A DNA stretch of 64,000 nt from Macrostomum lignano. Lineage: Eukaryota. The position numbers and the translations under genes were made by a program. The notes beneath the pieces are model-generated. The model had not been told where the DNA came from and did no database searches. It was given only the letters and a program-made list of their open reading frames with translations. Positions within the stretch are counted from its first letter, which is position 1. Every line of letters starts with the position of its first letter. Shown in pieces: positions 35,228 to 47,765 of this stretch. Where the stretch lies: the NCBI GenBank assembly GCA_002269645.1, contig NIVC01000040.1, positions 186,001 to 250,000 of the forward strand. Reading direction: 5' to 3'.

Positions 35228-38200
35228 GTCTTCTGGCCTCCCCAAATGCTCAGGGGTCTTTTGCCCCCCTATGCTTAGGGGTCTTTTGCCCCCCACGCCT
35301 ATGCTCAGGGGTCTTTTGCCCCCCCCCCTATGCTCAGGAGTCTTTTGCCTCCGCCTATGCCCAGGAGTCTTTTGCCCTCCCCCCTATGCTCAGGAGTCTT
35401 TTGCCCCCCCCCCTATGCTCAGGAGTCTTTTGCCTCCGCCTATGCCCAGGAGTCTTTTGCCCTCCCCCCTATGCTCAGGAGTCTTTTGCCCCCCCCCTAT
35501 GCTCAGGAGTCTTTTGCCCTCCGCCTATGCTCAGGAGTCTTTTGCCCTCCGCCTATGCTCAGGAGTCTTTTGCCCCCCCCCCCTATGCTCAGGAGTCTTT
35601 TGCCCCCCCCCCTATGCTCAGGAGTCTTTTGCCCTCCGCCTATGCCCAGGAGTCTTTTTCCCTCCCCCCTATGCTCAGGAGTCTTTTGCCCCCTATGCTC
35701 AGGCCTATGCTCAGGAGTCTTTTGTCCCCCCCCCTATGCTCAGGGGTCTTTTGCCCCCCCCCCTATGCTCAGGAGTCTTTTGCCCTCCGCCTATGCTCAG
35801 GAGTCTTTTGCCCCCCCCTATGCTCAGGAGTCTTTTGCCCTCCGCCTATGCTCAGGAGTCTTTTGCCCCCCCCCCTATGCTCAGGAGTCTTTTGCCCCCC
35901 CCCTATGCTCAGGAGTCTTTTGCCCCCCCCCTATGCTCAGGAGTCTTTTGCCCCCCCCCTATGCTCAGGAGTCTTTTGCCCTCCGCCTATGCTCAGGAGT
36001 CTTTTGCCCTCCGCCTATGCTCAGGAGTCTTTTGCCCCCCCCTATGCTCAGGAGTCTTTTGCCCCCCCCCCTATGCTCAGGAGTCTTTTGCCCCCCCTAT
36101 GCCCAGGCCTATGCTCAGGAGTCTTTTGCCCCCCCCTATGCTCAGGGGTCTTTTGCCCCCCCCTATGCTCAGGAGTCTTTTGCCCTCCGCCTATGCTCAG
36201 GAGTCTTTTGCCCCCCCTATGCTCAGGAGTCTTTTGCCCCCCCCCCTATGCTCAGGAGTCTTTTGCCCCCCCCCTATGCTCAGGAGTCTTTTGCCCTCCG
36301 CCTATGCTCAGGAGTCTTTTGCCCCCCCCCCTATGCTCAGGGGTCTTTTGCCCCCCCCCTATGCTCAGGAGTCTTTTGCCCTCCGCCTATGCTCAGGAGT
36401 CTTTTGCCCCCCCTATGCCCAGGCCTATGCTCAGGAGTCTTTTGCCCCCCCCCTATGCTCAGGGGTCTTTTGCCCCCCCCCTATGCTCAGGAGTCTTTTG
36501 CCCTCCCCAAATGCTCAGGGGTCTTTTGCCCCCCTATGCTTAGGGGTCTTTTGCCCCCCACGCCTATGCTCAGGGGTCTTTTGCCCCCCCCCTATGCTCA
36601 GGCCTATGCTCAGGAGTCTTTTGTCCCCCCCCCTATGCTCAGGGGTCTTTTGCCCCCCCCCTATGCTCAGGAGTCTTTTGCCCTCCGCCTATGCTCAGGA
36701 GTCTTTTGCCCCCCCCTATGCTCAGGAGTCTTTTGCCCTCCGCCTATGCTCAGGAGTCTTTTGCCCCCCCCCCTATGCTCAGGAGTCTTTTGCCCCCCCC
36801 CTATGCTCAGGAGTCTTTTGCCCCCCCCCCTATGCTCAGGAGTCTTTTGCCCCCCCCCTATGCTCAGGGGTCTTTTGCCCCCCCCCTATGCTCAGGAGTC
36901 TTTTGCCCTCCGCATATGCTCAGGAGTCTTTTGCCCCCCCCCTATGCTCAGGAGTCTTTTGCCCCCCCCCCTATGCTCAGGAGTCTTTTGCCCCCCCTAT
37001 GCCCAGGCCTATGCTCAGGAGTCTTTTGCCCCCCCCTATGCTCAGGGGTCTTTTGCCCCCCCCCTATGCTCAGGAGTCTTTTGCCCTCCCCAAATGCTCA
37101 GGGGTCTTTTGCCCCCCTATGCTTAGGGGTCTTTTGCCCCCCACGCCTATGCTCAGGGGTCTTTTGCCCCCCCCCCTATGCTCAGGAGTCTTTTGCCTCC
37201 GCCTATGCCCAGGAGTCTTTTGCCCTCCCCCTATGCTCAGGAGTCTTTTGCCCCCCCCCTATGCTCAGGAGTCTTTTGCCTCCGCCTATGCCCAGGAGTC
37301 TTTTGCCCTCCCCCCTATGCTCAGGAGTCTTTTGCCCCCCCCTATGCTCAGGAGTCTTTTGCCCTCCGCCTATGCTCAGGAGTCTTTTGCCCTCCGCCTA
37401 TGCTCAGGAGTCTTTTGCCCCCCCCCCTATGCTCAGGAGTCTTTTGCCCCCCCCCCTATGCTCAGGAGTCTTTTGCCCTCCGCCTATGCCCAGGAGTCTT
37501 TTTCCCTCCCCCCTATGCTCAGGAGTCTTTTGCCCCCTATGCTCAGGCCTATGCTCAGGAGTCTTTTGTCCCCCCCCCTATGCTCAGGGGTCTTTTGCCC
37601 CCCCCCTATGCTCAGGAGTCTTTTGCCCTCCGCCTATGCTCAGGAGTCTTTTGCCCCCCCCTATGCTCAGGAGTCTTTTGCCCTCCGCCTATGCTCAGGA
37701 GTCTTTTGCCCCCCCCCCTATGCTCAGGAGTCTTTTGCCCCCCCCCTATGCTCAGGAGTCTTTTGCCCCCCCCCCCTATGCTCAGGAGTCTTTTGCCCCC
37801 CCCCTATGCTCAGGAGTCTTTTGCCCTCCGCCTATGCTCAGGAGTCTTTTGCCCTCCGCCTATGCTCAGGAGTCTTTTGCCCCCCCCTATGCTCAGGAGT
37901 CTTTTGCCCCCCCCCCTATGCTCAGGAGTCTTTTGCCCCCCTATGCCCAGGCCTATGCTCAGGAGTCTTTTGCCCCCCCCTATGCTCAGGGGTCTTTTGC
38001 CCCCCCCTATGCTCAGGAGTCTTTTGCCCTCCGCCTATGCTCAGGAGTCTTTTGCCCCCCCTATGCTCAGGAGTCTTTTGCCCCCCCCCTATGCTCAGGA
38101 GTCTTTTGCCCTCCGCCTATGCTCAGGAGTCTTTTGCCCCCCTATGCTCAGGAGTCTTTTGCCCCCCCCCCTATGCTCAGGGGTCTTTTGCCCCCCCCCT

Positions 38201-39730
38201 ATGCTCAGGAGTCTTTTGCCCTCCGCCTATGCTCAGGAGTCTTTTGCCCCCCCCCCTATGCTCAAGGGTCTTTTGCCCCCCCCCTATGCTCAGGAGTCTT
38301 TTGCCCTCCGCCTATGCTCAGGAGTCTTTTGCCCCCCCCCTATGCTCAGGAGTCTTTTGCCCTCCGCCTATGCCCAGGAGTCTTTTTCCCTCCCCCCTAT
38401 GCTCAGGAGTCTTTTGCCCCCTATGCTCAGGCCTATGCTCAGGAGTCTTTTGTCCCCCCCCCCTATGCTCAGGGGTCTTTTGCCCCCCCCCTATGCTCAG
38501 GAGTCTTTTGCCCTCCGCCTATGCTCAGGAGTCTTTTGCCCCCCCCTATGCTCAGGAGTCTTTTGCCCTCCGCCTATGCTCAGGAGTCTTTTGCCCCCCC
38601 CCCTATGCTCAGGAGTCTTTTGCCCCCCCCCTATGCTCAGGAGTCTTTTGCCCCCCCCCCTATGCTCAGGAGTCTTTTGCCCCCCCCCTATGCTCAGGAG
38701 TCTTTTGCCCTCCGCCTATGCTCAGGAGTCTTTTGCCCCCCCCCCTATGCTCAGGGGTCTTTTGCCCCCCCCCCTATGCTCAGGAGTCTTTTGCCCTCCG
38801 CCTATGCTCAGGAGTCTTTTGCCCCCCCCCCTATGCTCAAGGGTCTTTTGCCCCCCCCCTATGCTCAGGAGTCTTTTGCCCTCCGCCTATGCTCAGGAGT
38901 CTTTTGCCCCCCCCTATGCTCAGGAGTCTTTTGCCCTCCGCCTATGCCCAGGAGTCTTTTTCCCTCCCCCCTATGCTCAGGAGTCTTTTGCCCCCTATGC
39001 TCAGGCCTATGCTCAGGAGTCTTTTGTCCCCCCCCTATGCTCAGGGGTCTTTTGCCCCCCCCCCTATGCTCAGGGTCTTTTGCCCCCCCCCTATGCTCAG
39101 GAGTCTTTTGCCCTCCGCCTATGCTCAGGAGTCTTTTGCCCCCCCCCCTATGCTCAAGGGTCTTTTGCCCCCCCCTATGCTCAGGAGTCTTTTGCCCTCC
39201 GCCTATGCTCAGGAGTCTTTTGCCCCCCCCCTATGCTCAGGGGTCTTTTGCCCCCCCCTATGCTCAGGAGTTTTTTGCCCTCCGCCTATGCTCAGGAGTC
39301 TTTTGCCCCCCCCCCTATGCTCAGGAGTCTTTTGCCCTCCGCCTATGCTCAGGAGTCTTTTGCCCCCCCCCCCTATGCTCAGGAGTCTTTTGCCCCCGCC
39401 CTATGCTCAGGAGTCTTTTGCCCTCCGCCTATGCTCAGGAGTCTTTTGCCCCCCCCCCCTATGCTCAGGAGTCTTTTGCCCCCCCCCCCTATGCTCAGGA
39501 GTCTTTTGCCCTCCGCCTATGCTCAGGAGTCTTTTGCCCTCCGCCTATGCTCAGGAGTCTTTTGCCCCCCCCCCCTATGCTCAGGAGTCTTTTGCCCCCC
39601 CCCCCTATGCTCAGGAGTCTTTTGCCCTCCGCCTATGCTCAGGAGTCTTTTGCCCCCCCCCCTATGCTCAGGAGTCTTTTGCCCCCCCGCCCTATGCTCA
39701 GGAGTCTTTTGCCCTCCGCCTATGCTCAGT
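35228..39730. repeat. About 28-bp minisatellite, 4.5 kb, with variable poly-C
   Basis: ctatgctcaggagtcttttgccc(tccgc/Cn); source of the 600-1500 aa spurious ORFs. Confidence 0.97.
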
Positions 39731-40664
39731 GCTCAGGATTTGAATCGTCTCCATTTCCTGAAATGTTTTATCATTCATTTTCTAGCAGAATTAAACCGGA
39801 TTGACTGACTTCCAGTTAATCCGGTTTCAGCTACAATATACTATAGAAGCCTAAACGCACACTGCCATGGAAATACTATACTACGTGCTCATGGGGTTGC
39901 TGCTGTTTGCTCCTGTCGTTTTTTTGTCAGTTTTAGACTGCCACTTCTAGGAATACTAGGGAGGAATGGGGAGAGAGGGAGAAGGGACTGCATGGTGACG
40001 ACAAATCCTTGGCCCTAGACCCTGGATTAGCATTTATCTGCAGTATATACCTTACTGCATGTGTTTTGTACTTTTTTCTACAGTATTGGATTGCAATTAT
40101 TGCTATTTGCGAAAGTCTCTCTCTCCCTTTCTGCTATTAGTCCTGTTACTCTGCTCCAGGGTCTCGGTGAGTTAATTGATTGATAGAATCAATTTATGGC
40201 TCTTAGCTCTTACATTTTGTCTTGTATCCCGGACATCATTTTGGATGCGGAATGTACTTTAGTAGTTATATTATCTCTTTTATCTATTGTTTCACTTTGA
40301 AAGTTCCCAGCTGTCGCGAGGGTGTTAATTAAGACAGTAGTACTACAGGTACTTATATAAGCGTACTTATTGTACTGTTCTCTTTTTGAAACAAAAAAAG
40401 CTTTTATTTCGTAAGCTATTAGCTTCGTTGCTTTTAGAAGTAAAATTATAACAGAGAGAAAAGACGGAGAATTTTAGCTAAGGAATTAATGATAATTTTT
40501 AGACCGAACAAAATAAGTAATGCCACATGCACTGAGGTGACAAATAAGGCTAATGGTTACATCCTTTCACATGATATATGTAGACATTTGTTTCTTTTGT
40601 CAACCTTCCAATTATTACTCCAAAATTGGCACTTAGTCGTCATTGCATTTGCTAGGGAATTCTC

Positions 40665-41510
40665 TGCTTTTCTTCCCTTGGAACTCTTGGCTGTTCTTCC
40701 CTTGGAACTCTTGGGGCTGTTCTTCTTTTGGAACTCTTGGCTGTTCTTCCTTTGAAACTCTTGGCTGTTCTTCCTTTGGAACTCTTGGGGCTGTTCTTCC
40801 CTGGGAACTCTTGGCTATTCTTCCTTTGGAACTCTTGGCTGTTCTTCCTTTGGAACTCTTGGCTGTTCTTCCTTTGGAACTCTTGGCTGTTCTTCTTTTG
40901 GAACTCTTGGCTGTTCTTCCCTTGGAACTCTTGACTGTTCTTCCCTTGGAACTCTTGGGGCTGTTCTTCCTTTGAAACTCTTGAGGCTGTTCTTCCCTTG
41001 GAACTCTTGGCTGTTCTTCCCTTGGAACTCTTGGCTGTTCTTCCTTTGGAACTCTTGGCTGTTCTTCCCTTGGAACTCTTGGGGCTGTTCTTCCTTTGGA
41101 ACTCTTGGCTGTTCTTCTTTTGGAACTCTTGGCTGTTCTTCCTTTGGAACTCTTGGCTGTTCTTCCCTTGGAACTCTTGGGGCTGTTCTTCTTTTGGAAC
41201 TCTTGGCTGTTCTTCTTTTGGAACTCTTGGCTGTTCTTCCCTTGGAACTCTTGGGGCTGTTCTTCTTTTGGAACTCTTGGCTGTTCTTCTTTTGGAACTC
41301 TGGGCTGTTCTTCCTTTGGAACTCTTGGGGCTGTTCTTCCTTTGAAACTCTTGAGGCTGTTCTTCCCTTGGAACTCTTGGGGCTGTTTTTCCCTTGGAAC
41401 TCTTGGCTGTTCTTCTTTTGGAACTCTTGGCTGTTCTTCCCTTGGAACTCTTGGGGCTGTTCTTCCCTTGGAACTCTTGGCCTTTCGTCTTTTGGAACTC
41501 TTGGCTGTCT
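40665..41510. repeat. 24/26-bp minisatellite abutting Ras exon 3
   Basis: ttggaactcttgg(gg)ctgttcttcc(c/t). Confidence 0.96.
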
Positions 41511-41538
41511 TGGAACACCACGCTGCCCCCCCCCGCAG

Positions 41539-41917
41539 CGCCATGCGAGACCAGTACATGCGCACTGGCGAAGGCTTTCTATGCGTGTTTGCCGTTAATA
41601 ATCCAAAATCATTCGACGACATCGAGCAATACCGCGAACAGATCAAACGCGTGAAAGACGCCGAAGAAGTGCCCCTAGTGCTGGTTGGCAACAAGACGGA
41701 TTTACACGGTCGCACGGTGGACGTTCGCACAGCCAAGCACCTGGCTGACGAGTTCGGCATTCCCTACGTTGAGACCAGCGCTAAGACGCGCCAAGGAGTC
41801 GACGACGCCTTCTATACTCTGGTGCGCGAGATTCGCAAATTCAAAGAGCGCGGCGGCGATAAACGGCGCCGCGGCGGCAAAAGATCAAAGGCCCGGCTGA
41901 GGTGCAGTCTGATGTAA
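41539..41917 (+). CDS. Ras: Ras exon 3 ([13 protein letters not shown]...NKTD...ETSAK...polybasic tail, CSLM*)
   Basis: Acceptor cccgcag|C completes S65. G4/G5 boxes are present. Polybasic region + CaaX with no palmitoylation Cys gives a K-Ras4B-like anchor. Total 190 aa. Confidence 0.96.
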
Positions 41918-41962
41918 ATTGTTTTTTTTTTATCGGACCTTTGTTGAACCCACACTAGAATA

Positions 41963-42378
41963 ACTAGATGGGCCACTTGGCACATTTGCGTGTAAGCTAC
42001 TTTCAGCTTAGTAGTAGGTTAGATAGGAGCATTTTAATGTATTTTTAAAGCCAAGGCCTCAAGCTTTAGTTTATTGGCTCTTACCCCCCCCCCCCAGCTT
42101 AAACCCTCCAACCGTGCCTTTCCCAGTACCCCCGCGCCCGCCCCAATTTTTATTGCCTTTCTCGGAATTCCAGCCTAAAGCTGCCATGTACAATTTAGTG
42201 GACTGGCTAATGTACATTATTGCTGAACCAATTAGCAAGTTGTTTACGCTTGGCTTCTAAACTTATCAAAGCCATTTCAGCTGCCTTTATTTTTATAAAA
42301 TAGCTTATGTATTCTTCTTTGCTACTGAAAGTAGAAAGCTGTTTTACTAAGTATACATGCCTGAGTGGCCCATCTAGT
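41963..42378. mobile_element. Palindromic MITE, copy B (probable Ras 3'UTR)
   Basis: TA|ACTAGATGGGCCAC ... GTGGCCCATCTAGT|TA. Arms match the reverse complement of 25601-25945. Starts 45 nt after the Ras stop and before AATAAA at 42521-42526. Confidence 0.75.
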
Positions 42379-42887
42379 TATTTTTGTATCTGTGGTTGAA
42401 CCTGAAGCTATGCCTATTATGTCTATTAATTTAGCACCTGTACTTTCTAGACCAGAATTAGTGATCTGGTTGGCCTTGACTTGAGATATTCAAGTTGGTT
42501 TTTTTATCTATTATCGTTTTAATAAACGATATTTTGAGCATCAAATATTGCAGTTTCAAATTTGAGCAGTGCTTAAGTCTGCTTAGAGCATAGTTTTTTA
42601 TGCTTAAGTACTCGTAAATAATTGCATATTTTAAGTTTCTACAAAATATGTTTTCTGTTTTCTCCTGGGTCCAATTAACGACCGTTGCATATGCAATTAT
42701 TTTATCAATTTTGTTATCTTGGTGCACAGTATTGCACACTAATTATGCGCAATATTTTATCTTTGGTAGACTATAATACATTATTTACTGCTTGTTGAAT
42801 GTTGAGAAGAATTTTATTTTTTTCTTTCGCGCCTAAAAGTTTATCACTTTGCCCTCCTAGTGCAGTTGCCTAAATCTCCCCACCCCA

Positions 42888-43278
42888 TCCCCAAATGTCT
42901 CCATCCCCAAATGTCTCCATCCCAAATCTCCCCATCCCAAATCTCCCCATCCCAAATCTCCCCATCCCAAATCTCCCCATTCCAAATCTCCCCATCCCAA
43001 ATCTCCCCATCCCAAATCTCCCCATCCCAAATCTCCCCATCCCAAATCTCCCCATCCCAAATCTCCCCATCCCAAATCTCCCCATCCCAAATCTCCCCAT
43101 CCCAAATCTCCCCATCCCAAATCTCCCCATCCCAAATCTCCCCATCCCAAATCTCCCCATCCCAAATCTCCCCATCCCAAATCTCCCCATCCCAAATCTC
43201 CCCATCCCAAATCTCCCCATCCCAAATCTCCCCATCCCAAATCTCCCCATCCCAAATCTCCCCATCCCAAATCTCCCC
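42888..43278. repeat. 15-bp minisatellite
   Basis: ccccatcccaaatct, about 25 near-perfect copies. Confidence 0.97.
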
Positions 43279-44104
43279 TGCCAAATCTGAAGTTCTTTGC
43301 TATTTTGGCGCAGAAATTGAAAAAGTACTTCTCAATTCACGGTTTTGAAAGGCCTTCTATTGTATTAAGTGTCTAAATCCTAAAGTAAGCAATTAATTGT
43401 TTACTAATGTAAATCTATTGATATGCGCACAGCAACTACTGACAACTATTCCAGCAGTAGTATGATTAGGAATCGTTTGCGTGTCTTACAATGTATATTT
43501 CGAATTAACTTACTAGAATTAATGACATTTTCAACAACAGAAACTGCTGATTGCGTGGCTTCTGTTAGTCAATCAATCAGTCAATCAATCAATTCATTAA
43601 ATTCTAGTCGGACAAGAATCTCCACAGTTATCGTTTTTCTAAACGATCGATCGAACACATTTTATCGTTTTTATGGTAATAAATCTGTCTGTTACCTGTG
43701 TTATTTATTGCTGGTTACTCTAGACCCTACCTCAGTGGCCCAATCAGCAAGTAACTATTGAGGTATATATTATATATTATATATTTTTTCTAATTCAAAT
43801 ATTTTGTTTATTGTCTAACTTGACAAGCACATGTACTAGTATTTTCTACATAAACCAAACTATTATTGACATTGCCCTGTCTATGGTTTCTCTCTAGTTT
43901 CTCTGATTAGGAATCTCAAACCTGTTTTTTATCATATTTTAAATGCTTTGTCTTCAACGTAATATTTTGCTTTTGTTGTTGCAGACTGTTGCTTGACTAA
44001 TCTGTTTCCTTCTTCTTTCTCTGTATGTTGTGCTTTGCTTTTCGGCGAGTTAGCGTCTGTCGGAACTGCAACGTGCGACTTTCGATGTGCTTTTTGGTCT
44101 ACGC

Positions 44105-44612
44105 CCTCTCTCGTCTCTCTTCTTCCGTCTCTCCTCTCTCTTCTCCCCTCTCTCCTCTTCCTCTCTCTTCTCCCCTCTCTCCTCTCTCATCTCTCTTCTC
44201 TCTTCTCTCCTCTCTCATCTCTTCTCTCTCCTCTCTTCTCTCTCCTCTCTCCTCTCTCTTCTTTCCTCTCTCTTCTTTCCTCTCTCCTCTTTCCTCTCTC
44301 CTCTTTCTTCTCCCCTCTTTCCCTTCTCTCCTCTTCTTGGCAGCCTCTCAACTGAAATGGCATCCCCTAAAATGAAATGGCAGCCTCTCAAATGAAATGG
44401 CATCCCCTAAAATGAAATGGCATCCCCTAAAATGAAATGGCAGCCTCTCAAATGAAATGGCATCCCCTAAAATGAAATGGCATCCCCTAAAATGAAATGG
44501 CAGCCTCTCAAATGAAATGGCATCCCCTAAAATGAAATGGCATCCCCTAAAATGAAATGGCAGCCTCTCAAATGAAATGGCAGCCTCTCAAATGAAATGG
44601 CAGCCCCTCAAA
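44105..44612. repeat. CT-rich tract followed by a 20-bp two-variant minisatellite
   Basis: ctctctt runs to about 44340, then ggcatcccctaaaatgaaat / ggcagcctctcaaatgaaat. Confidence 0.92.
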
Positions 44613-45184
44613 CCCCCTTCCCTGAATAAAAATACTAGCTGGGCCCCTTAATCCTCCAGTCTCTTACCCTTTACACCAGCTTCTCATTCGCGGCTAACCA
44701 TTGTTAAAAGCCTATGTGCGTCATATTATATCGTATGTATGATATAATATTTTCTATTCGTTTCGCGCACTCTGTTTCTATTTTTCTAGTTGCTGCTGTT
44801 TCTACAAAATAAATGCATATATACATATATTGATATGAACCATGCCCTGTCTCAGAATTCGTGAGAGTCAGTCATATTTCTTATTTTTGAGCAATACGAG
44901 CAATTGCTATTATGTAGTTAATACATATTTATTTTATATATTTATTAATCATACGGTAAAAATACAATGCAACACGCTGTCAAGTTAACATTGCCTGATT
45001 TTTACAAAGGCGCTTTCTAACTCAGAAATTGATACAGAAAAACAATTCGACAATTTGAAGCCTTTGCTTTTGTTGAACGACTTGAAACTCGTAGAAGCAT
45101 GCTCTCGAATGCTACTGTGAGTAGGTAAGTTTAGCATATGCACTTTTTAGTCTAATTTCTCCGTCTTTCTCCCCATGTTTCTTC

Positions 45185-45860
45185 CCTGCTTCTTACCCGC
45201 CTCTCACCCGCTTCTCCCTACATCTCAACTGCTTCTCCCCGCCTCTCACCCGCTTCTCCCCACCTCTCACCCGCTTCTCCCCACCTCTCACCCGCTTCTC
45301 CCCACCTCCCACCCGCTTCTCCTCACCTCTCACCCGCTTCTCCCCACCTCCCACCCGCTTCTCCCCACCTCCCACCCGCTTCTCCCCACCTCCCACCCGC
45401 TTCTCCTCACCTCTCACCCGCTTCTCCCCACCTCCCACCCGCTTCTCCCCACCTCTCACGCGCTTCTCCCCACCTCCCACCCGCTTCTCCCCACCTCCCA
45501 CCCGCTTCTCCTCACCTCTCACCAGCTTCTCCCCACCTCCCACCCGCTTCTCCCCACCTCTCACCCGCTTCTCCCCACCTCTCACCCGCTTCTCCCCACC
45601 TCCCACCCGCTTCTCCCCACCTCCCACCCGCTTCTCCCCACCTCTCACCCGCTTCTCCCCACCTCCCACCCGCTTCTCCCTACCTCTCACCCGCTTCTCC
45701 CCACCTCTCACCCGCTTCTCCCCACCTCTCACCCGCTTCTCCCCACCTCTCACCCGCTTCTCCTCACCTCTCACCCGCTTCTCCCCACCTCCCACCCGCT
45801 TCTCCCCACCTCTCACCCGCTTCTCCCCGCCTCTTACCCGCTTCTCCCCCCCTCCCATAC
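45185..45860. repeat. 21-bp minisatellite
   Basis: cacccgcttctccccacctct. Confidence 0.96.
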
Positions 45861-47436
45861 GTCTCTCCTAAATTGCTGCTTTCCCTGGTTGAAATTAAAA
45901 GTATTTGGACACCGCATATCACTATAGTAGCATTTTTCGTCTGCGTGCAAGCAGGAAAATTGTCCGAAATTCGAATGCAAAGTGCACGCGCGTACGCAAA
46001 GTCTATGCTATGCTATGCTATGAATGGGTTTGAAAGTTAATATAATTGCCTGCTTCCTACTATTCATCTTGTGCTAAGCTCAATTAAATGCAAGCAATGA
46101 CCTATCTATGAGAATTAAGAAAAAAAGTACTGATCGACAGTGTGGGTTTTTAATGGTTTTTATAGTAGTAGGAGTAGCTTATATTACGGATACAACTGGG
46201 CATATGTATCATATAACCCTTTTCTCGCAATCGCTTTTTGTATAATCTCACTATTATTAATTATAATCGATGTGAAGCTAAATTTCCCTCTAGCAACCGT
46301 TGCTGGGTGGGGGGAGGGGTTGGTGCCTCCCACGCAGCCTTAAATTTCTCCATTCCAATGCAGGCGCTAAAAACTCCAATTTTCCCCTAGAGAGTATCGT
46401 AACTCATGCGGAGGTCTATCTTTATTCTATCTTTATACCCCGCAGCGCGAGAACCCCGGGGTTAAGACCATAGACTATAGCTTTGCTGCTCTCAAGCATT
46501 GTCAGCATGCAGCAGCTGGTGCCTGTGGTGTTGATGGAGACCCACAGAGGAGCCTGAGAAGTAGTAAAGAAATTGTTTTCATTGACATCAATTGTAGTCG
46601 TGCAGCAGGTCCTGTGTTGGCTAAAATACCTTTAAACAATATTGAAGGAGCTTATAGCTTTACTGCTTAGTAGGCCAGCAAAAACAGTTTTATAGGTTTT
46701 TTGGTTTTCCACCTTTTGAGCTGGGGGTTAACACATGTTAATGAGATGCAGGAGTCGGAATTAGTGAGTAAAAGGGAGATGAGTCGTGACGAGAGTGGGA
46801 GGTATACACACACCCCACAAAAACTATACTAATAATTGTCTTTCGGCTGCTAAATTATTAAACGTTTGCTTGGTTGGTTGCTGGTTGCTGCATTCAAAAA
46901 TGCTTCTTCATTCACGATTCTCTGTGCACTCCCTCTATCATTCTAAAGCATTGAAAATAGAATTTTTCCCCTAAAAGTTACTATTTTCCACTGACGCCCA
47001 CACACATATATATAGAAAGGCTTATTAAACTTGCGCTTGTTGCTTTCCGTAAAGTCTACTAAGCTAAAGGCTACATGCGTATAGTCTATAGAGAAGTATG
47101 CAAGTTAATCGCGGCATTGGCTAAAACAAAAGTTCACTTCATATTCCACCGACCAATCCCGCTTTCTATCTTTCCTTGAGCGAGCCTGCCGTGTAGGCTC
47201 CACGGGAGGGTAAGGCTTGGCTAATCTACATTCATTTTACAATATAAGCCTACCCTCCTGGAATTCATTCCTTGTTTAATACCTCTGTCCCGCTACCGAA
47301 CCCAAACTTGATTCTTTCTCCACTCTGACACTCCCTGTCCTTCCACCCACCCCTCCACCAGGCGTGCCCCGCAAGATTTTGGTTGGCCAACTCTTACCCC
47401 CCAACCCACCACCCCTCTGCCCGAGAGCGCGCGCGT

Positions 47437-47563
47437 GGAAGTAAGTGTACATTTCAAGTTAAATCGTGACGCTGGAGCGGGTCTTCGCGTTCTATTTTTA
47501 GAACTTAGCGTCCATTGGCCCGATAGTGGAGTCCGTTCGGATTGGATTGCCATATATGGAAGC
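47437..47563 (+). promoter_or_regulatory. Egr proximal promoter: CArG/SRE with ETS cores, CRE half-site, CCAAT boxes
   Basis: CCATATATGG at 47550-47559 overlaps GGAA. GGAAGT near 47437, TGACG near 47466, ATTGG near 47514 and 47541. About 210 nt upstream of the ATG. Confidence 0.6.
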
Positions 47564-47765
47564 ACGGCGCTCATTCATAAACTTTAACACAAGCTTGCTT
47601 AGAAAGCGGAATAAGCCACGAGGAATTATAGAGAAAAATATTCGCCTCTCTTCCTCCCAACCCAACTATAGCGGACACTGACGCAACCTAATAAGTTTGC
47701 TCTCATCAATTTTCTTGCTTAATCCATTAGCATCGAGGCAAGATTTAAGTTCGACAACCGGCTTT

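Noticed and set aside
35220-39808. Very long ORFs (598-1507 aa) in several frames
   Set aside because: They are translations of a stop-free 28-bp minisatellite with variable poly-C, open in all three plus frames and inside Ras intron 2.
40633-41760. 375-aa minus ORF and the 273-aa plus ORF as a full-length protein
   Set aside because: Both are array read-through. Only 41539-41917 (plus) is real coding sequence; the Ras N-terminus is in exons at 31874 and 32782.
41882-41891. Perfect TCF site AGATCAAAGG
   Set aside because: Lies in Ras coding sequence with no helper context; treated as a chance match and as a caution for other motif calls.
46433-46470. tttatacccg resembling a DINE-1/Helentron start
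   Set aside because: No matching subterminal IR, hairpin or microsatellite nearby.
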